Source: the human T2T-CHM13v2.0 reference genome, Homo sapiens. Taken from it: a DNA stretch of 64,000 nucleotides. The notes under the pieces are model-generated. The model did not search any database. It was not told the origin of the DNA and saw nothing but the letters and a program-made list of their open reading frames with translations. Positions 1 through 14,088 of this stretch are shown here, piece after piece. A program made the translations under genes and the position numbers. The DNA lies in NCBI RefSeq assembly GCF_009914755.1, contig NC_060927.1; one strand, given 5' to 3'. The stretch's first letter is position 1; every line of letters begins with the position of its first letter.

Positions 1-262
<262 letters not shown>

Positions 263-2812
263 TAATGAAACATTTTTGAAGATGATTATACCAGGTAAAA
301 GAAACCTCATCTAAGAAGAATAAGTGGGTCAGAGAGAAGGAAGTCACTTCTTTAAATTAAACAATAAATGACATTTTTTAAACATGATAAATACCAGTTA
401 AATTATTAGATTGCCTAAACTAAAAGAAGACAAGCAGGAAGCAGTCAAACATGAAAGTAATGTGCTGCAATCAAATTTGGATACTAATCTCTTGCAATAA
501 ATGTTCATGCAGGGCTCCCTCTGTTGAATCCTTTGCAGTCTACATACATTTCTTAATGAAGGACATGCAACCTCCCAATATTAAAGACATGCAAAGATTC
601 ATTAGGAAAGACTTTAAATTATCCAAGCAGATTTTCTCCCCAGTTGATGATTAATGTCATTAATCAACTGAAGGTTCCTTTGTAGTTCTACTAAACAGGT
701 ATATCTAGAAGCAAATGTGCATTGTTTTTAACAAGAGAAACACACATATTCCTGGATAATGAAGTGGAGGTATTTATTATGCATATTTATCATTTATGTT
801 ATCAGAAAAACAATTTTTTAAATCATTCAGAATTAAATTTTAGCAAACTCTTCTTTACTGCTTTGTGGTAGTAGCAAATCTTGTAATTAAGGTTCATGTA
901 TATAAGAAGTATTTAAAAAAGAGATTGGCAGTCTAAGCATTCGTCAGTGTTTACCATTGCATTCCCTCAGTTTTCTTTTCCTCCATTTTTTTCTTCCATT
1001 TCTCTACCCCGCTTTCCTCCCCTGACACTTTTTATTCATTGCACATTCTTTTTCCTTGTCTCCTCCTGCTACTCCAGCTGATTTCATTCTCCTCCTTCCT
1101 AGTCCTTAACCTCCTGTACCTCAGGGAAGAAGATGTCATTTTAAGTTTTCCTATCAGTTCACAAATTTCCCCTTACACAGTTTCAGTTTCCTTAACCTTC
1201 ATATGGAATATTCAACTCTTTCACCTCATCAGTTGCTTGTTTTCCCTTTTCCCTAAAATCTGAGGGACATGGTCCGACACACACCCTGGTAAATGCTAGA
1301 GTCACATACTCAATTCTAGATACAGCTTGGCTGAGTGGGAACTCACAGAAGCTGACCTCAGTAGTAGAGAGTTACTGTCCAGGGGAGTGAGGGACTGGTT
1401 AATAAGGGATTGTCATATGACATCACCCTGCTATTTTAGTTTCTACTGTCTGCTTGCTTCCTCATTTTAATTAGGCAAAAGTAATGAGCCTTTTGTTCTG
1501 CAGAATTGCTCTAAAAACTTCTTCAACAGAAGTCCTTCCGGCAAAGTAACATATGTTAATTATACATATTCCAAATTCAACGAGCTATCACTAGAAATGG
1601 GGAGAAACTGAGATTTTATCTCCTATTAAGTATTCAGTCCCTATTTCCTATCACCCATAGTAATACATAGGAAATCCTGGAGGCCTTTCATAGTAAAAAT
1701 CCTATACTGAAATAATCATGTTGAGAATAGGAAAAATGAAATCTAAATCTCTTTATTCCCATGTAATCTTTAATACTGTTTGAGGATTGCATTGTGAGTT
1801 AGGTACAGGTGACATTAACATCCTCTAGATTTCTGTTTTCATGAACCCCAAAGCTAAATGAAGCCTCATCCTAAATTCCAAACTTACACACTAGATTCAG
1901 TTAAAACAGCCTAGAAAACTTATTAAGTGCTATCTAAAGGCTCAAGACAGAGAATTTGAATTTCACTGTCCTTTTCTTTTCTCTCATTTTGTTACACAGT
2001 GTTTAGCTAAGGCACATGACCCTTTAAACCACTATAAACAGTGAAGTCTCACAGTTATTTTAAATTATTTTTCCTCCTTTATTCATTTATAGCCCAAGGA
2101 TTACAATGTTTTTAATGATACATTGCCATTCTGATTTATGTCACTGTGTGCTTTGGACTTAAACTATGTGATTCCATGCATTTTACTTTGTACTCTTTTG
2201 ACTGCTGTTATGAAGAAGTAATGTTCTCAGGAAGTCTCTCATTGTAGCTCAGAGCCAATCATTACAGTTGAAAGCATCCAAGGTTTCAAATGATAATGTC
2301 AAAAGTGAATTACAGCTTTCAAAATAAAGTATTGTTGGGCTACATTGTGAAAGCAGTATATTTTTCAATCAAAGCTTTACAGTGATTTTCAATAGCATTT
2401 TCTGAAAAATTTTCAAGATATTAACTTTCCAAATATTTTCAGTAATTTCAGAGCTTTTGGATTTTTGCCATCCATTCTCACATGTCAGTTGAACTACCTA
2501 TGAAACCAGTAAAAGCAAGCATAACCTAAAAGCCAAACTACTGGTACCTGGATCATGTTTATAACTTTTTATTTAATATCCATTATTTATGGGGTTATTT
2601 TGTCTTAAATTTTGATTACTGGGTATTAATGTATTAACTCTATTTTAATCAGTATAAACTAGATTAGCGAGAGATCAATGAAAAGCAACAGAAGAACCCC
2701 AAGATACTGACTATTCTTCATTTTACCTTGGTGCCTGCAAAATTTTTCACTTGTGTTTTAGAGAACCAGTATGCTTCAAGATAATCAACAGTGAAAGGGA
2801 ATCAGTGCATAT

Positions 2813-3550
2813 TGTTACTGATGGAAGGTATCCAAGTCACCAGCAACAAATTGTACAGATCTGTAGCAACCTCAATTCTTGCCTCCTCAGAAGAAATAAT
2901 TTGACTGAGGGATGTAAGGCAGAAAAAGAGACTAAGGCAAGTTTCAGATCAGGAGTGGAAGTTTATTAAAAAGCTTTAGAGCAGGAGAAAATGGAAAGTA
3001 CACTTGGAAGAGAGCCAAGCAGGCACCGCGTAGGTCAAGTGCAACATTTAACCTAGATCCTAGGTCTTTATAGGCTGTTCCACTTTCCGCATCTTGCACC
3101 CCTTTCCCACGATTCTTCCCTTAGGGTGGGCTGCCTGCCTGCACAGTGGTCTCCTCATGCTTGGGAAGTGAGCACACACAGTGGGTTTTGGAAGTTGTGC
3201 ACATGCTCATCTGAGACTTTCTTCCCTTTTCCGGTGGACTACCCCCAGGTGGTCATATTCTGCCATTTTGTCTCTTAATGTGCATGCCCAGGCTCACTCA
3301 CCAAATACCTGAGATTTTATTGGAAGCCCTTTTTGCTTCTCCCTGCCGCCTGCATTCAATTAACACTTTAATGTTAACAGCTGTGGGCCATTAGGAGATT
3401 GTCTCTCCCTGGTGCCAGCTGCCAAATTATCATTTTTAGAGAGTCAATGTGATAATTGTTGAACCATCACTGATGATCGCCTGACATTCCTGGTGGACAG
3501 GGGAAGAGCCCTCTCCTGCCCCACTCATGCCTGTCTAACTACCTGTAAAA
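2813..3550 (-). mobile_element. ERV1 solo LTR, MER50-like
   Basis: Begins TGTTAC and ends CTAACTACCTGTAAAA; the reverse complement starts TACAGGTAGTTAGACAGGCATGAG as I recall for MER50; ~740 bp; ATAT flanks both ends (4-bp TSD). Confidence 0.8.
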
Positions 3551-4149
3551 ATATATCTGATTAAATGAAAAGGAATCATATCTTAGACTCTGAACTCTCA
3601 AGAATTTCTTCAAGTCTTGAGTTTGCATTGGAATAGCTATATGTCCATGCATGCCAAAAACAGGGACTATGTACTGGACAGATTATGAACTAACCTCAGA
3701 GGAGCAGGTCAGTTTTGCTATCAACTCATGAGCATTACCCTGACATCAATACTACTCAATGCTTAGTAATCTTAGTTTGTTTTTCCTCTTTACACTTATA
3801 ATTTCATACTTTTTTCATTTTTCTGACTATCTAACTTTTACTTATCCCCTTACACTCAATAGAAGATCATGAAACATTCTTCATGAAGAAAATAAAAGCT
3901 ATTAGATATGATGTTCTTTATCTTTCCACCTTACAAATATAGCTGAATTTGCACCTTTTTTCTCTTTTCTGAACAAAATGAGAGTGTCTGTACCCTGGAT
4001 TCCTTCTCTACTATTTTAACTGAGTCCTCCTTTTGTTAATCACCCTCTCTTAAGCTCTTCAACTTCTATTCCTCTACTATATCCCTATTTCCTTCTTATT
4101 ATTATCAACACATATATTAGTGCACTTCATTTTTCAAAAATTTTCTGTT

Positions 4150-4588
4150 AAATGCCCATCAATGATAGACTGGATAAAGAAAATGTGGCACATGTACACC
4201 ATGGAATACTATGCACCCATTAAAAAAAATGAGATCATGTCCTTTGCAGGGACATGGATGGAGATGGAAGCTGTTATCCTCAGCAAACTAACACAGGAAA
4301 AGAAAATCATATACCACATATTCTCACTTATAAGTAGGAGCTGAGTAATGAAAACATATGAACACACGGGGAGGGGAGAACAACACACACTGGGGCCTGT
4401 CAGAGGGTGGGGGGTAGGAGGATGGAAGCATCAGGAAGAATAGTTAATGCAAGCTGGGCTTAATACATGGGTGATGGGATGACATGGGTAGCAAATCACC
4501 ATGGCACACGTTTACCTATGTAACAAACCTGCAATTCCTGCACATGTACCCTGGAACTTAAAATAAAAGTTGGAAATGTAAAAAAAAA
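4150..4588 (+). mobile_element. L1 3' end (old L1PA, about PA13-16), 5'-truncated
   Basis: ORF2 C-terminus CPSMIDWIKKMWHMYTMEYYA, L1 3'UTR, AATAAA and A-tail; degenerate TSD AAAAATT(TT/G)CTGTT. Confidence 0.92.
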
Positions 4589-4599
4589 TTGCTGTTGAT

Positions 4600-6240
4600 C
4601 ACTTCCCAGTGATCTACCTTTCTTCTCACCTTGAAAACCAGTTTTCCAAATAAAACCAAGTAAAACATTCAGTATCTTCTCCTCATCATTTTGTATTTCA
4701 TTTATCGCTCACTCTAATGTGGGTTCCACCCCTAACACTACATGCAACTGTTCTGCTCTTGCTAAAAATGAAAATTATCTCTATGTTGCCTAACCCATAG
4801 ATGATTTTCTTTCCTCACCCTATGTGAGTTCTATATTAGTTTCTTGGGACTTCCGTAACTAATTACCACAAACTGAGTGGCTCATAATGACAGAAATGAA
4901 TTCTCTCACAGTTCAAGAGGGTAAAAGTCTGAAATCAAAGTGTCAGCAAGGTTTGGTCATTATGGAGGCATTGAGGAAGAAACCTCCCTATGCCTCTCTC
5001 CTAGCTTCTGGTGGTTCCCGGCAATTCTTGGTGTTCTTTGGCTTGTAGATACATCCATACAATCTCTGCCTATATCTTGGCTTCTTCTATGTTTTTGCTT
5101 GTACTCTTCTCTTCTTATAAGGATGCCACTTATAAGATTACTGGCTACCCAAATCTCTTCTGACTTCACTGGAACTTGATTACATCTACAAAGATCCTAT
5201 TTCCAAATAAGGTAAAATTCATAGGTATAGGGAGGCTGCAACTTGACCATATCTTTTTGAAGGATACAACTTAACTCACTATAACTTTTTACTAACATTC
5301 AACAAATTTGAAGCTCTTCTAGAATTATACTATTCTTTCTTGGCTTCTGGAACACTAAACTAACCTGGTTTCCTTTCTCACTCTTTGCCCCTCATTTAGG
5401 GATTCATTCTTCTATATCCAACCTCTATATTTTGGAGATCTTCAAAATTCAACACCAGGAATTCTCTTCTCCCTATACATTCACTACCTAGGCAATTACA
5501 TCTTTGCCAAAATTTGAAAAAAATCTCACATTAGTATCCAGACATCTCTTGAGTTTCAGACTACTCTTTTCAATGCATATATGTCCTTCCTATTCAGTAT
5601 CATGATATTGTTAAGACAATGTATCTAAAAGTAATCATTAATTTTCTAACCAAATTTGTTCCTTCTCATATCTTTGATTTCTCAATAAATTTCACTTTCA
5701 TTAACTCAGATTTCCTTTAATGCTAGAAATCTTAAGTGGTTGACTTTTCCTTTTTGTTAGCCCCTTTCCCAATCCATCACAATTAAGTACCAAGTTAGTT
5801 GCTTTCACCTTTAATACGTATTTCAATTCCATTTATTTATCTCCATTTACCCAGGTATCAACTTAGTCTAAACCAAAAGCTTTTCTTATTTGGAGAACTG
5901 AAAAGCCTTGCTAAATGTTATTACTCTGTATTTTTATAATTATTTCTACAAGTCAGCTTAAACTTTGAAAAATAGAACATCAGAATAAAATTCCAAATCT
6001 CTTTCATAATCTTCATAAACTGTCCCCTGCCAACTTTCCCATACTCATTTCCCATCAGAATTTCTAAGACTTGTTCACTACATCTTGAACTCTTTCAGTC
6101 TTTCATAAATACAAAGCATATCACATCCTTTACACATGCCCTGCAACATACTTTATCCTCATTCTTCATCTGCCTAACTTCTATTACATACTCAAGTTTT
6201 GACTTAAATATCACTTTCTTAGTGAGGACTTTTATAATCA
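4600..6240 (+). mobile_element. L2 relic (ORF2 to 3' region) interrupted by an MLT1 LTR
   Basis: Degenerate L2 motifs CTGCTCTTGCTAA..CTCTATGTTGCCTAA before the LTR, TTCTTGGCTTCTGGAACACTAAACTAACCTGGTTTCC after it, and CTTAAATATCACTTTCTTAGTGAGG near the end. Confidence 0.7.
4833..5283 (-). mobile_element. MaLR solo LTR (MLT1C-like)
   Basis: TATTAGTTTC..AATTACCACAAACTGAGTGGCT..CTCTCACAGTTC..CCTAGCTTCTGGTGGTT..CCTATTTCCAAATAAGGT; ~450 bp. Confidence 0.85.
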
Positions 6241-6279
6241 TGTATAATTATGTGTATTGTTAATTCAGTACACTTAAAA

Positions 6280-7164
6280 TCTAGTTGTTTAGCCACCTTC
6301 ATCAATGATCTCAGCTAGATCTTCTGGATAACTCGCTGCAACTTCTACATCAGAACTTGCTGCTTCACCTTACACTTTTATGTTTTTGAAAGAGTTTCTT
6401 TCCTTAAACCTCATAAACCAAGTTCTGCTAGGTTCTACCTTTCTTCTGCAGCTTCCTCACCTCTCTCAGCCTTCATACAATTAGATAGAGTTAGGTACTT
6501 GCTTTGAATTAGGCTTTGGTCTAAAAAAGTATTGTGGCTGGTTAGTTGATCTATTCAGACCACTAAAACTTTCTCCAATGTCAGCAATAAAGCTGTTTCA
6601 TTTTCTTATCATTTGTATGTTCACGGGAGAAGCTCTTTAAATTTCCTTCAGGAACTTTTCCGTTGGCTGTCTTGGTTTTCCACATGCCTTCTTCACTAAG
6701 CTTAGTTATTTCTAGCTTTTGATTTAAAGTGAGAGATGTGTGACTCTATTTATTTTTAACTTGAATATGTAGAGGCTATACTAGGGTTATTAATTGGCTA
6801 AATTTCAATATTGTTGTTTCTCAGAGCATAGGGAGGCCCAAAGAAAGAGAGAAAGACAAACGAATAGCCAGTTGGTGGAGCAGTCAGAACATGCAGAAGT
6901 ATGAATTAATTTTGCCATCTTATGTGGGCACAATTCATGGTGCCCCAAAACAATTACATTAGTAACATCAAAGATCAATGATTACAGATCACCATAACAG
7001 AATAATTAAAAGTTTGAAATATATAAGAATTTCCTAATGTGAAACAGAGACACAAAGTTAGTGCATACTGTTAGAATAATGGCACTGATACACTTGCTTA
7101 ATGCTGGGTTGTCAGAAAGCTTCGATTCATAAAAAATGCAGCACAATAAAATGAGGTATGCCTA
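6280..7164 (-). mobile_element. Tigger1 DNA transposon, 5' part
   Basis: Transposase segment GCCACCTTCATCAATGATCTCAGCTAGATCTTCTGGATAACT; ends AATAAAATGAGGTATGCCT, the reverse complement of the Tigger1 terminus CAGGCATACCTC. Confidence 0.9.
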
Positions 7165-7715
7165 TGTATTAATTTGGCTATTTATAAATGTATTATTTTA
7201 TTCTATATTATAAATAAATGTGTCATGTTTTAATTGTAAATATGTTATAATTCCTTACTAGCAGATATCCATGTGAAAAGAAAATCAAAATTCTAAAAGT
7301 GACATAGCCCTTAATTAACTATTTAGAGATTTCTATGAATAATCTTTTTCTTCTATTTCTGTCTAAAAAGCAAAATTTTGCTTTTAATAATAGATAAAAT
7401 CAATGTATACCATTCAACATATGGTATCATATTTCTAATAGCATAGATTTAAAAAGTATAAGGGATTATTATGTAAAAAATAAAATATTATATTATCATA
7501 TCTCTCTTTCAAGAAGACATTTGTCAGCAGTCTCCATTCTTTGTCTCTAAAACATACTACAATTTAAGCTGTGTAAATGCATTGTGCCCCAGTCTTTAAC
7601 TGATGTCTTTTAAATTATAGCTATTATACCTTATTAACTATTATGTAAATCTTTTCTTTAAAAATATTCTTAATGTACCATGTCCATTAGTTTGTCAATG
7701 TGATTAAAACATATG

Positions 7716-7812
7716 AGAAGAAAGAAGAAGAAGAAGAAGAAGAAAAGGAGAAGGAGAAGGAGAAGAAGAGAGGAAGAAAGAGAAGGAGATGAAGAAGTGC
7801 AGAAGAAAAAGA
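7716..7812 (+). repeat. (GAA)n/(GGAGAA)n purine-rich simple repeat
   Basis: Directly visible. Confidence 0.9.
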
Positions 7813-8901
7813 AGTTGTTATTTTTCTATTTGGTTGCTATATGTGAGCAAAGAAATTGATTAGGCATTTCACTTTATTTAAGAGATATATCAGCACATAG
7901 AGTCACAGTCTGCCCTCATTTAGTCTTTTCATTTGTGATACTCCATATTACATGAGAGCATATCCATTTGAATCTCTTTAATATTCATGATCCTCTCACC
8001 AGCCTGAGCAAAAGAGCTAAAGCATTTGATAGCAATCTGAGGAACTTGATTAACAATGTACTAATCATCAGTACCATTGACCTGATTCAAAAATGTTTTT
8101 AATTCATCCATCACTTTTATAACCAAAGATGATTGCATTACTTTACCATTTTTTATTTAAATAAAACCCCATGAGCTGAAAATATCAAGCTATTTCTACT
8201 AAATGTACCTTGCAACCAATTTAATTTATTTTTAAACTAAGTTCTAAAGTGACCTATAATAACCAATTAGTACTTGAACACAGAAAACCAGAGCACAAGT
8301 GTCTCTTTAGTAAAATCAATTCACTTTGACTTCAAATCACTAAATGTTAAATTATGTCAAAGAATTAATTTTGCAATAAATTATTACTATTGTTACAAAA
8401 ATTCAACTAAAGAATATTACCAGGAATAATTATCCATATATCAAAATGCATTGAATGTAGAGTATGAACTATAATTACCCCCAATTGCTTATCATTCAAA
8501 TGTTAATTGTAAGAATTTCATTTTTTTAGCCATAGCACTTCTTTTTAATTATCAAAAAACATTTCTAATGTATCATAAAAATATAGTACTGGCATAATAC
8601 ATTTAATAATTTCAAAGTATAAATATATACTAGACTATCACTTTTTGATTCAAATATTACTTATCATTATTAGGCTAATATAAATGATATAGGGATCTAG
8701 AAGTGCAACAACTTGCCTTTTGTGCCCAAATGTCACTGAAGACTGGATTTATTGGTGAGCTTGTGCAGGATCACATATTTTTAGGGAAAAAATACGTGAT
8801 TCAATTACTGTGATATTGAATACATCTGAGAAAAATAACAATATCATTTTCCAGATGGATTGAAACATACCTTCATACTAACAGGCCAAGAATTAAGAAT
8901 A

Positions 8902-9190
8902 AGCCAGGTGTGGTGGCTCACACCTGTAGTCCCAGCACTTTGGGAGGCTAAGGGTTACTTAAGGCCAGCAATTAAAGACCAACATGGACAACATAGCAAG
9001 ACCCCATCTCTACCAGAAAAAAAAAAATTAGCCTGGCATGGTGGCACATGCCCGTAGTCCTAGCTACTCAGAAGGCTGAAGTGGGAAGATTGCTTGAGCC
9101 CAGGAGTTAGAGGTTACAGTGAGCAATGATCACTCCACTGCATTCCAGCCTGGGTAACAGAGTGAGACCCTGTCTCAAAAAAAAAAAAAA
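8902..9190 (+). mobile_element. AluJ (Jo-like)
   Basis: Dimeric Alu with J diagnostics (AACATAGCAAGACCCC, TTGCTTGAGCCCAGGAGTT, GAGACCCTGTCTC) and an A-tail. Confidence 0.95.
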
Positions 9191-9373
9191 GGAAGAAGAT
9201 AAATAATTAGGTTGTTTCTTATGCACATCTGATTTTCAAATATACTATATTTAACATCATAAGCAATAACACAACTGTTGCAAATGTTGCAAAGTATTTC
9301 AGATTATACTTTTGCATTAGTTCAACATATTTTTATTCTCTAAATTATTTTTTCTGAAATTTGATCATAAAAA

Positions 9374-9375
<2 letters not shown>

Positions 9376-9418
<43 letters not shown>
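9376..9418 (+). repeat. (CA)n microsatellite, about 21 units
   Basis: Directly visible. Confidence 0.98.
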
Positions 9419-9420
<2 letters not shown>

Positions 9421-9524
9421 TGTAGTGGCTGGGACACAGGGCACCAATTTTTCCCTCTTAGGCCTCCAGGTCTGTGATGGGAGGAGCTGCCAGGAAGCTC
9501 TCTGAAATGCCCTGGAGATATTTC
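9421..9524 (-). mobile_element. Isolated MaLR internal fragment (THE1/MST-int-like)
   Basis: GCTGGGACACAGGGCACCAA..TAGGCCTCCAGGTCTGTGATGGGAGGAGCTGCC..CTCTGAAATGCCCTGGAGA matches the recalled antisense THE1/MST internal sequence. Confidence 0.75.
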
Positions 9525-9526
9525 TA

Positions 9527-9639
9527 TAGAGACATGAGGTCTCGCTATGTTGCCTAGGCTGTTTTCAAACTCCTGAGCTCAAGTGATCTTCCTGACTTGG
9601 CCTACCAAAAGTACTAGGATTATAGGTGTGAGCCTGGCC
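9527..9639 (-). mobile_element. FLAM or AluJ left monomer
   Basis: GGTCTCGCTATGTTGCCTAGGCTG..AACTCCTGAGCTCAAGTGATC..GGATTATAGGTGTGAGCC. Confidence 0.88.
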
Positions 9640-12600
9640 AGAATATCAAATATTTTTAAAGTCATTATTTAGGGTGGCAAACTATTGAGAACATTATTAT
9701 AACAGATTTTAATTTGCTTAAATGTATAGTCTAGCCTTCTTTGTGAGAATTTAAATTTTCAAATAGTTTAGTTATTGCATTAATTCCCTGGCAAAGTCTA
9801 TATGTAATTGCATAAAAGTAAATACAACAAAATACTTAGTGAAGCAGATAATGTCTCTATACTAACTAGGGTCTGGCTATTCTGGGAATTATACCATTTG
9901 AGCCTATGTGGATTTAGCTTAAGAAATCAAATAGAGAAAATTTAAATAACTACTTTTAAGGTTATTTTCTCTCCTATTTCCAATTTAGTTATTTAAAATA
10001 AAAACCTTATGATAAATATTATTATTCAATTGATTTTAGTTTACGAATATGAATAACAAAATATTTTAATTTATAATTAGGAGTCTAAGTTTTTATTATA
10101 AATATTTCAATAACAAATATTGAACTTTTATTTTCAATACTTACAAAGCAATATATCTTTTAAATCTCTATAAGCATAAAAAACTTTTGAAAAAAGTTAA
10201 GTAATCTAAATAAGTTAATTTCCTTATATAACTGGATCTGCCAGATATAATAATTTGTATTATTATTTAAGACTGTGAGTTCTATCTTGCAGAGAACATC
10301 CTAGACAAAACATGTCCATCTGTGAACAAGCAAAGTGAAGATTATGAAAGCATTAGGATTACATTCTTCTTCTTTAAATATTTGTGTAAATGTTCGATGA
10401 CTGGCCATTACAGATATGATGAATTTCTTCTTCATTTCCACATTATTTTATCCATAATAGTTAAAGATATATTAAGGAAAGAGAAGAAATTTTGCAAGTA
10501 ACTCAATAATGTTTAATATTTTTCTACAATTGGACTAGGCTACTTAACTATGTGTGAATGGCAATACTGAACATTTCTATTAAAAACTCTACTTGTACAT
10601 GAGCGGGATTGAGAAATGCAGATGAACGTTTTGTGAAAGATGCTTCTTCTAAACAATGAAAGTAGTTCTGCAAGCAAAGCCTCCTTGGTTTTCCCAAAAT
10701 TGTTTTTCCATAATATGTAACTGCTTTGTGGACATTGAATGGAAGTAAAAATTTGAAATAGGTGCTTTGTACAAGTCCCCAAATACTATTTGCAAAAAGC
10801 TCTGCAAGGGTTTGTTATTGAATTGTTCTTTGATCAAATGATATGTGGTATTAACCAAGTTGGTAAAAAACTGTACACCCAGATGAATTTAAAAAAGAGA
10901 AATGAAATTTCAAATAGTTTAGCAGAATATTTTATTCTCAATGAAAAACAAAGTTGGTCAAAGCTAAAATGGAATGTTGGGGTTTCAACAAGTAATTCAC
11001 GATTTCTCCTGTTGCTTTCCAAATATTTAGAAACAAAAATACACATGAGGTATACACTATATATGTGCAAGTGAGCATTAATTAAAAGACTACTGTTCCC
11101 CCTTTATGCAGAAGTATAAAAACCATCTATCTAGTCTAATGCTGGACATATATGTCTACTATGTCCATACAGTTCCAGTAGTAAAAATATCTACACCCAA
11201 GCAGAGAAAGAAAAAAGATATTTGTGTAAACCAAGCCTTAAAAAAATGGGCTCAATGTTATTTATCTGGCTAAAAAAAAATATTGGTACAGAATGAAATA
11301 TAAGTTGATCTCCATGGGAGGAATAGTATGTGTAGCAATGTCTATAATTATTATTCATCTTGGAACTTTTTTATATAGGTAGGTCCCTTCAGATAAGAAT
11401 TTAAATTATTCTTTTGATAAGATATATTCTCTCTTAAACTCACTGACAACAAGGTAATCCAAACCTCTGAGCTAAATTGGAAAAACACTGGACATATTTT
11501 TTTGTGGGAAGTTGAACAGCTTTCTGACTTGTACCTGTATTCACGGTGATGATATTTACATTACTCTTAAAGCTATGATTAATAGAGTCCATTTGTGATA
11601 ACTAAAACAACCTTCGTTAAATTGAACATTTTAGTTTTAAGCAGCTTTGGGGCCATTCAGGTAAATACATCATAAGAGTTTATAATTAGTCTGACATTTC
11701 TAGACACAATCAACTTGCAGATTTGAATACTTGATTTACATATATAAATATCATCATGCACTGACAATTCACAATCTTCCTTTGGAAAATGTAACTCCTT
11801 CATAAGTCATTCTCAGGTGGATATTCATTTAACTCTACACACGCACACATTTGTGTCGTGGTGACATTCAGGAAATCTTTTCTTAATCACTAAAAAATAT
11901 TGCTAAGCTATGTGTTTTCTCCCCTAGTAGTCTTACAGATCTTATGTGACTCTAGATATAAACTCTTCAAATCTCTGAAAAGGAAATTTAGCAAATTAAT
12001 TCTATATTATAGGTTCCTTTTCCATATTTTTTAATATATTTTTAATTTTTCACAAAATACATGTTCTTCATTAGTTTATACTAAGGTCTTTTAAAATCTG
12101 AGTATTCATACGCTACTTGTAAATGAACATAGAAGTAGTTTTCATTATGGCACTGAAGATACAGAATAGAATATCAAGGTCCTTATTCAAGTCCTAGAAT
12201 ATAAATTTATTTAGCGAAATAAATTTTTGGCAGAGAAACAAATGTGATGCTGGTATGTATTATTTTACTAACTGCCTGACATTATTTATAGTTATATTTT
12301 CATAAACCTCTTTAATTAAATGTCCAAAACATAGATGGAAACATTCTACCTGAAAAGTAACTAAGTCAGAGTAGGGAATGAAGAGAACTATCAAACAAAG
12401 TATAAAAATAAAACTCCAATACAATCGGATGGGTTGAAGTATACACTCACAGTAACTGATATGAAAAAATAAAAATGCATGCATCTCTTTAAAGAGCTAT
12501 TGTACATAAACCATTCATTTTACATTATTTTAAGAAAGTGTTGCTTAAATGACAGTACTTTGTACAGTAAAATGTTTAAATTGAATAGATTTAATTTATG

Positions 12601-14051
12601 TCCAGCCAAATGTGTAGTTGTCAAGCATTTAATGCTGAAATATATTGCCTTAACAAATGTTATTTTAGAGCTGTTTGCCTTTTAAATTCTAACACTCTGT
12701 ATATCTATTTGTCTAGCCGCCATCAAGGAGACTATTGTAGCTGGAGGCGTTGGTAGGAAGACGACTAAAGGGCTACATCATGTCAAACCCTCAAGTAGGA
12801 ATTATTGCCTTTCTTGCCTCAGTTCCCAGCTGTATTATGTCACCAAATCACATCACAGTGTAATCAAAGATGAATAAAATATTTTTTTCTTTACCTTAAA
12901 TGCTTTTTCTGTCAATTACAATCAAAGGACATGATTTTAAGTCTGTCAGTTTATGAGGCTCTTTCCTACTGATGACTAAAGCTGTAATCTGCTAAATATA
13001 AAACGAATAAGAAAAGTCTTAGAATGACTTTGCTATTAAGAAGAATTTTTTTTCTTCCCACAAGGGACAGAAAAGTAATTGGTCTTTAAAGGATGAAATC
13101 AAAGATGTTTTTTAAAAAATGATCGCTTTGGTTTTCTTCCTTTTATGCTTTCCCCTTCCTGTCTTAATGCTAAATCTTCATTCACAACACTGGTTTGTCT
13201 TTCTGAGAAAATATACATACTACTCTAATCAAAACTATATCACTCTTTATACATATATTATTAGTCCCTTGTTTTCATATGTTCCATAACTTTCTTTCCA
13301 TATTACTCCAATTAGGAACCCTGTAATATTAACAGTAATTCTGCTATAACTCCAACTTCTAGGCAGGTTTCTGGCTTGATTACATTATTAACCATAAAAA
13401 AAAAAAACATTTTCCCAGAATGATTTTAGCTTGGTAGTTGGGATTGCTTCCTTTGATCTTCTTAGTGTTATTTTACGATATGTTGCTTCTCATTTACACT
13501 ACAAATGCTGGCAAAAATGAAAGTGGTATCTCTGCTAGCAATGCCTGATAAAATAAAATAACTGGTTCAGCAGTCTCTGCCAGCTGCTTTCATCGATGAA
13601 AATCAGGTTGTTTATAATGGAGGAGAAAGGCTTAGAATGTAAATGTTTGCCACCATGAGAAGCTTTAAGTAACTTTGTCATGAACTTCTGCCTCGTTTAT
13701 CAATTAAATTTTTCTTATTTCTATATTTCATATTACCTAGGCATATATTTGTGCAATAAAGACACTCCCTGTGTGCCACACCAAATACCATTCTTGGGTG
13801 CTAATTTCTAGAACTACTCTTAAGTGATGTAAGAATAGAAATGTTATGCACACAATTTTAATTTATTACCTTCAGAATTTCTCATAAACCCTCTGGTTCT
13901 ATTCTTGCCCTTTACCTTCATTGTTATTTATTCACCAAAGTGAGAAATGCATTATTAACTGTGTTCCCATGTTGTTTTAAGATGTTCCTATTCTTTAGAA
14001 TTGGAAATAGGAAATCACAGACACCTGTTAGTATTTTTATGTCATTTACCA

Positions 14052-14056
<5 letters not shown>

Positions 14057-14082
<26 letters not shown>
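14057..14082 (+). repeat. (CA)n microsatellite
   Basis: Directly visible. Confidence 0.95.

Positions 14083-14088
<6 letters not shown>

Noticed and set aside
10540-11074. Four overlapping 69-94 aa ORFs in unique DNA
   Set aside because: No recognisable domain, no convincing splice sites, and length compatible with chance
13588-13601. Perfect 14-bp palindrome TTTCATCGATGAAA
   Set aside because: Several palindromes of this size are expected by chance in 64 kb
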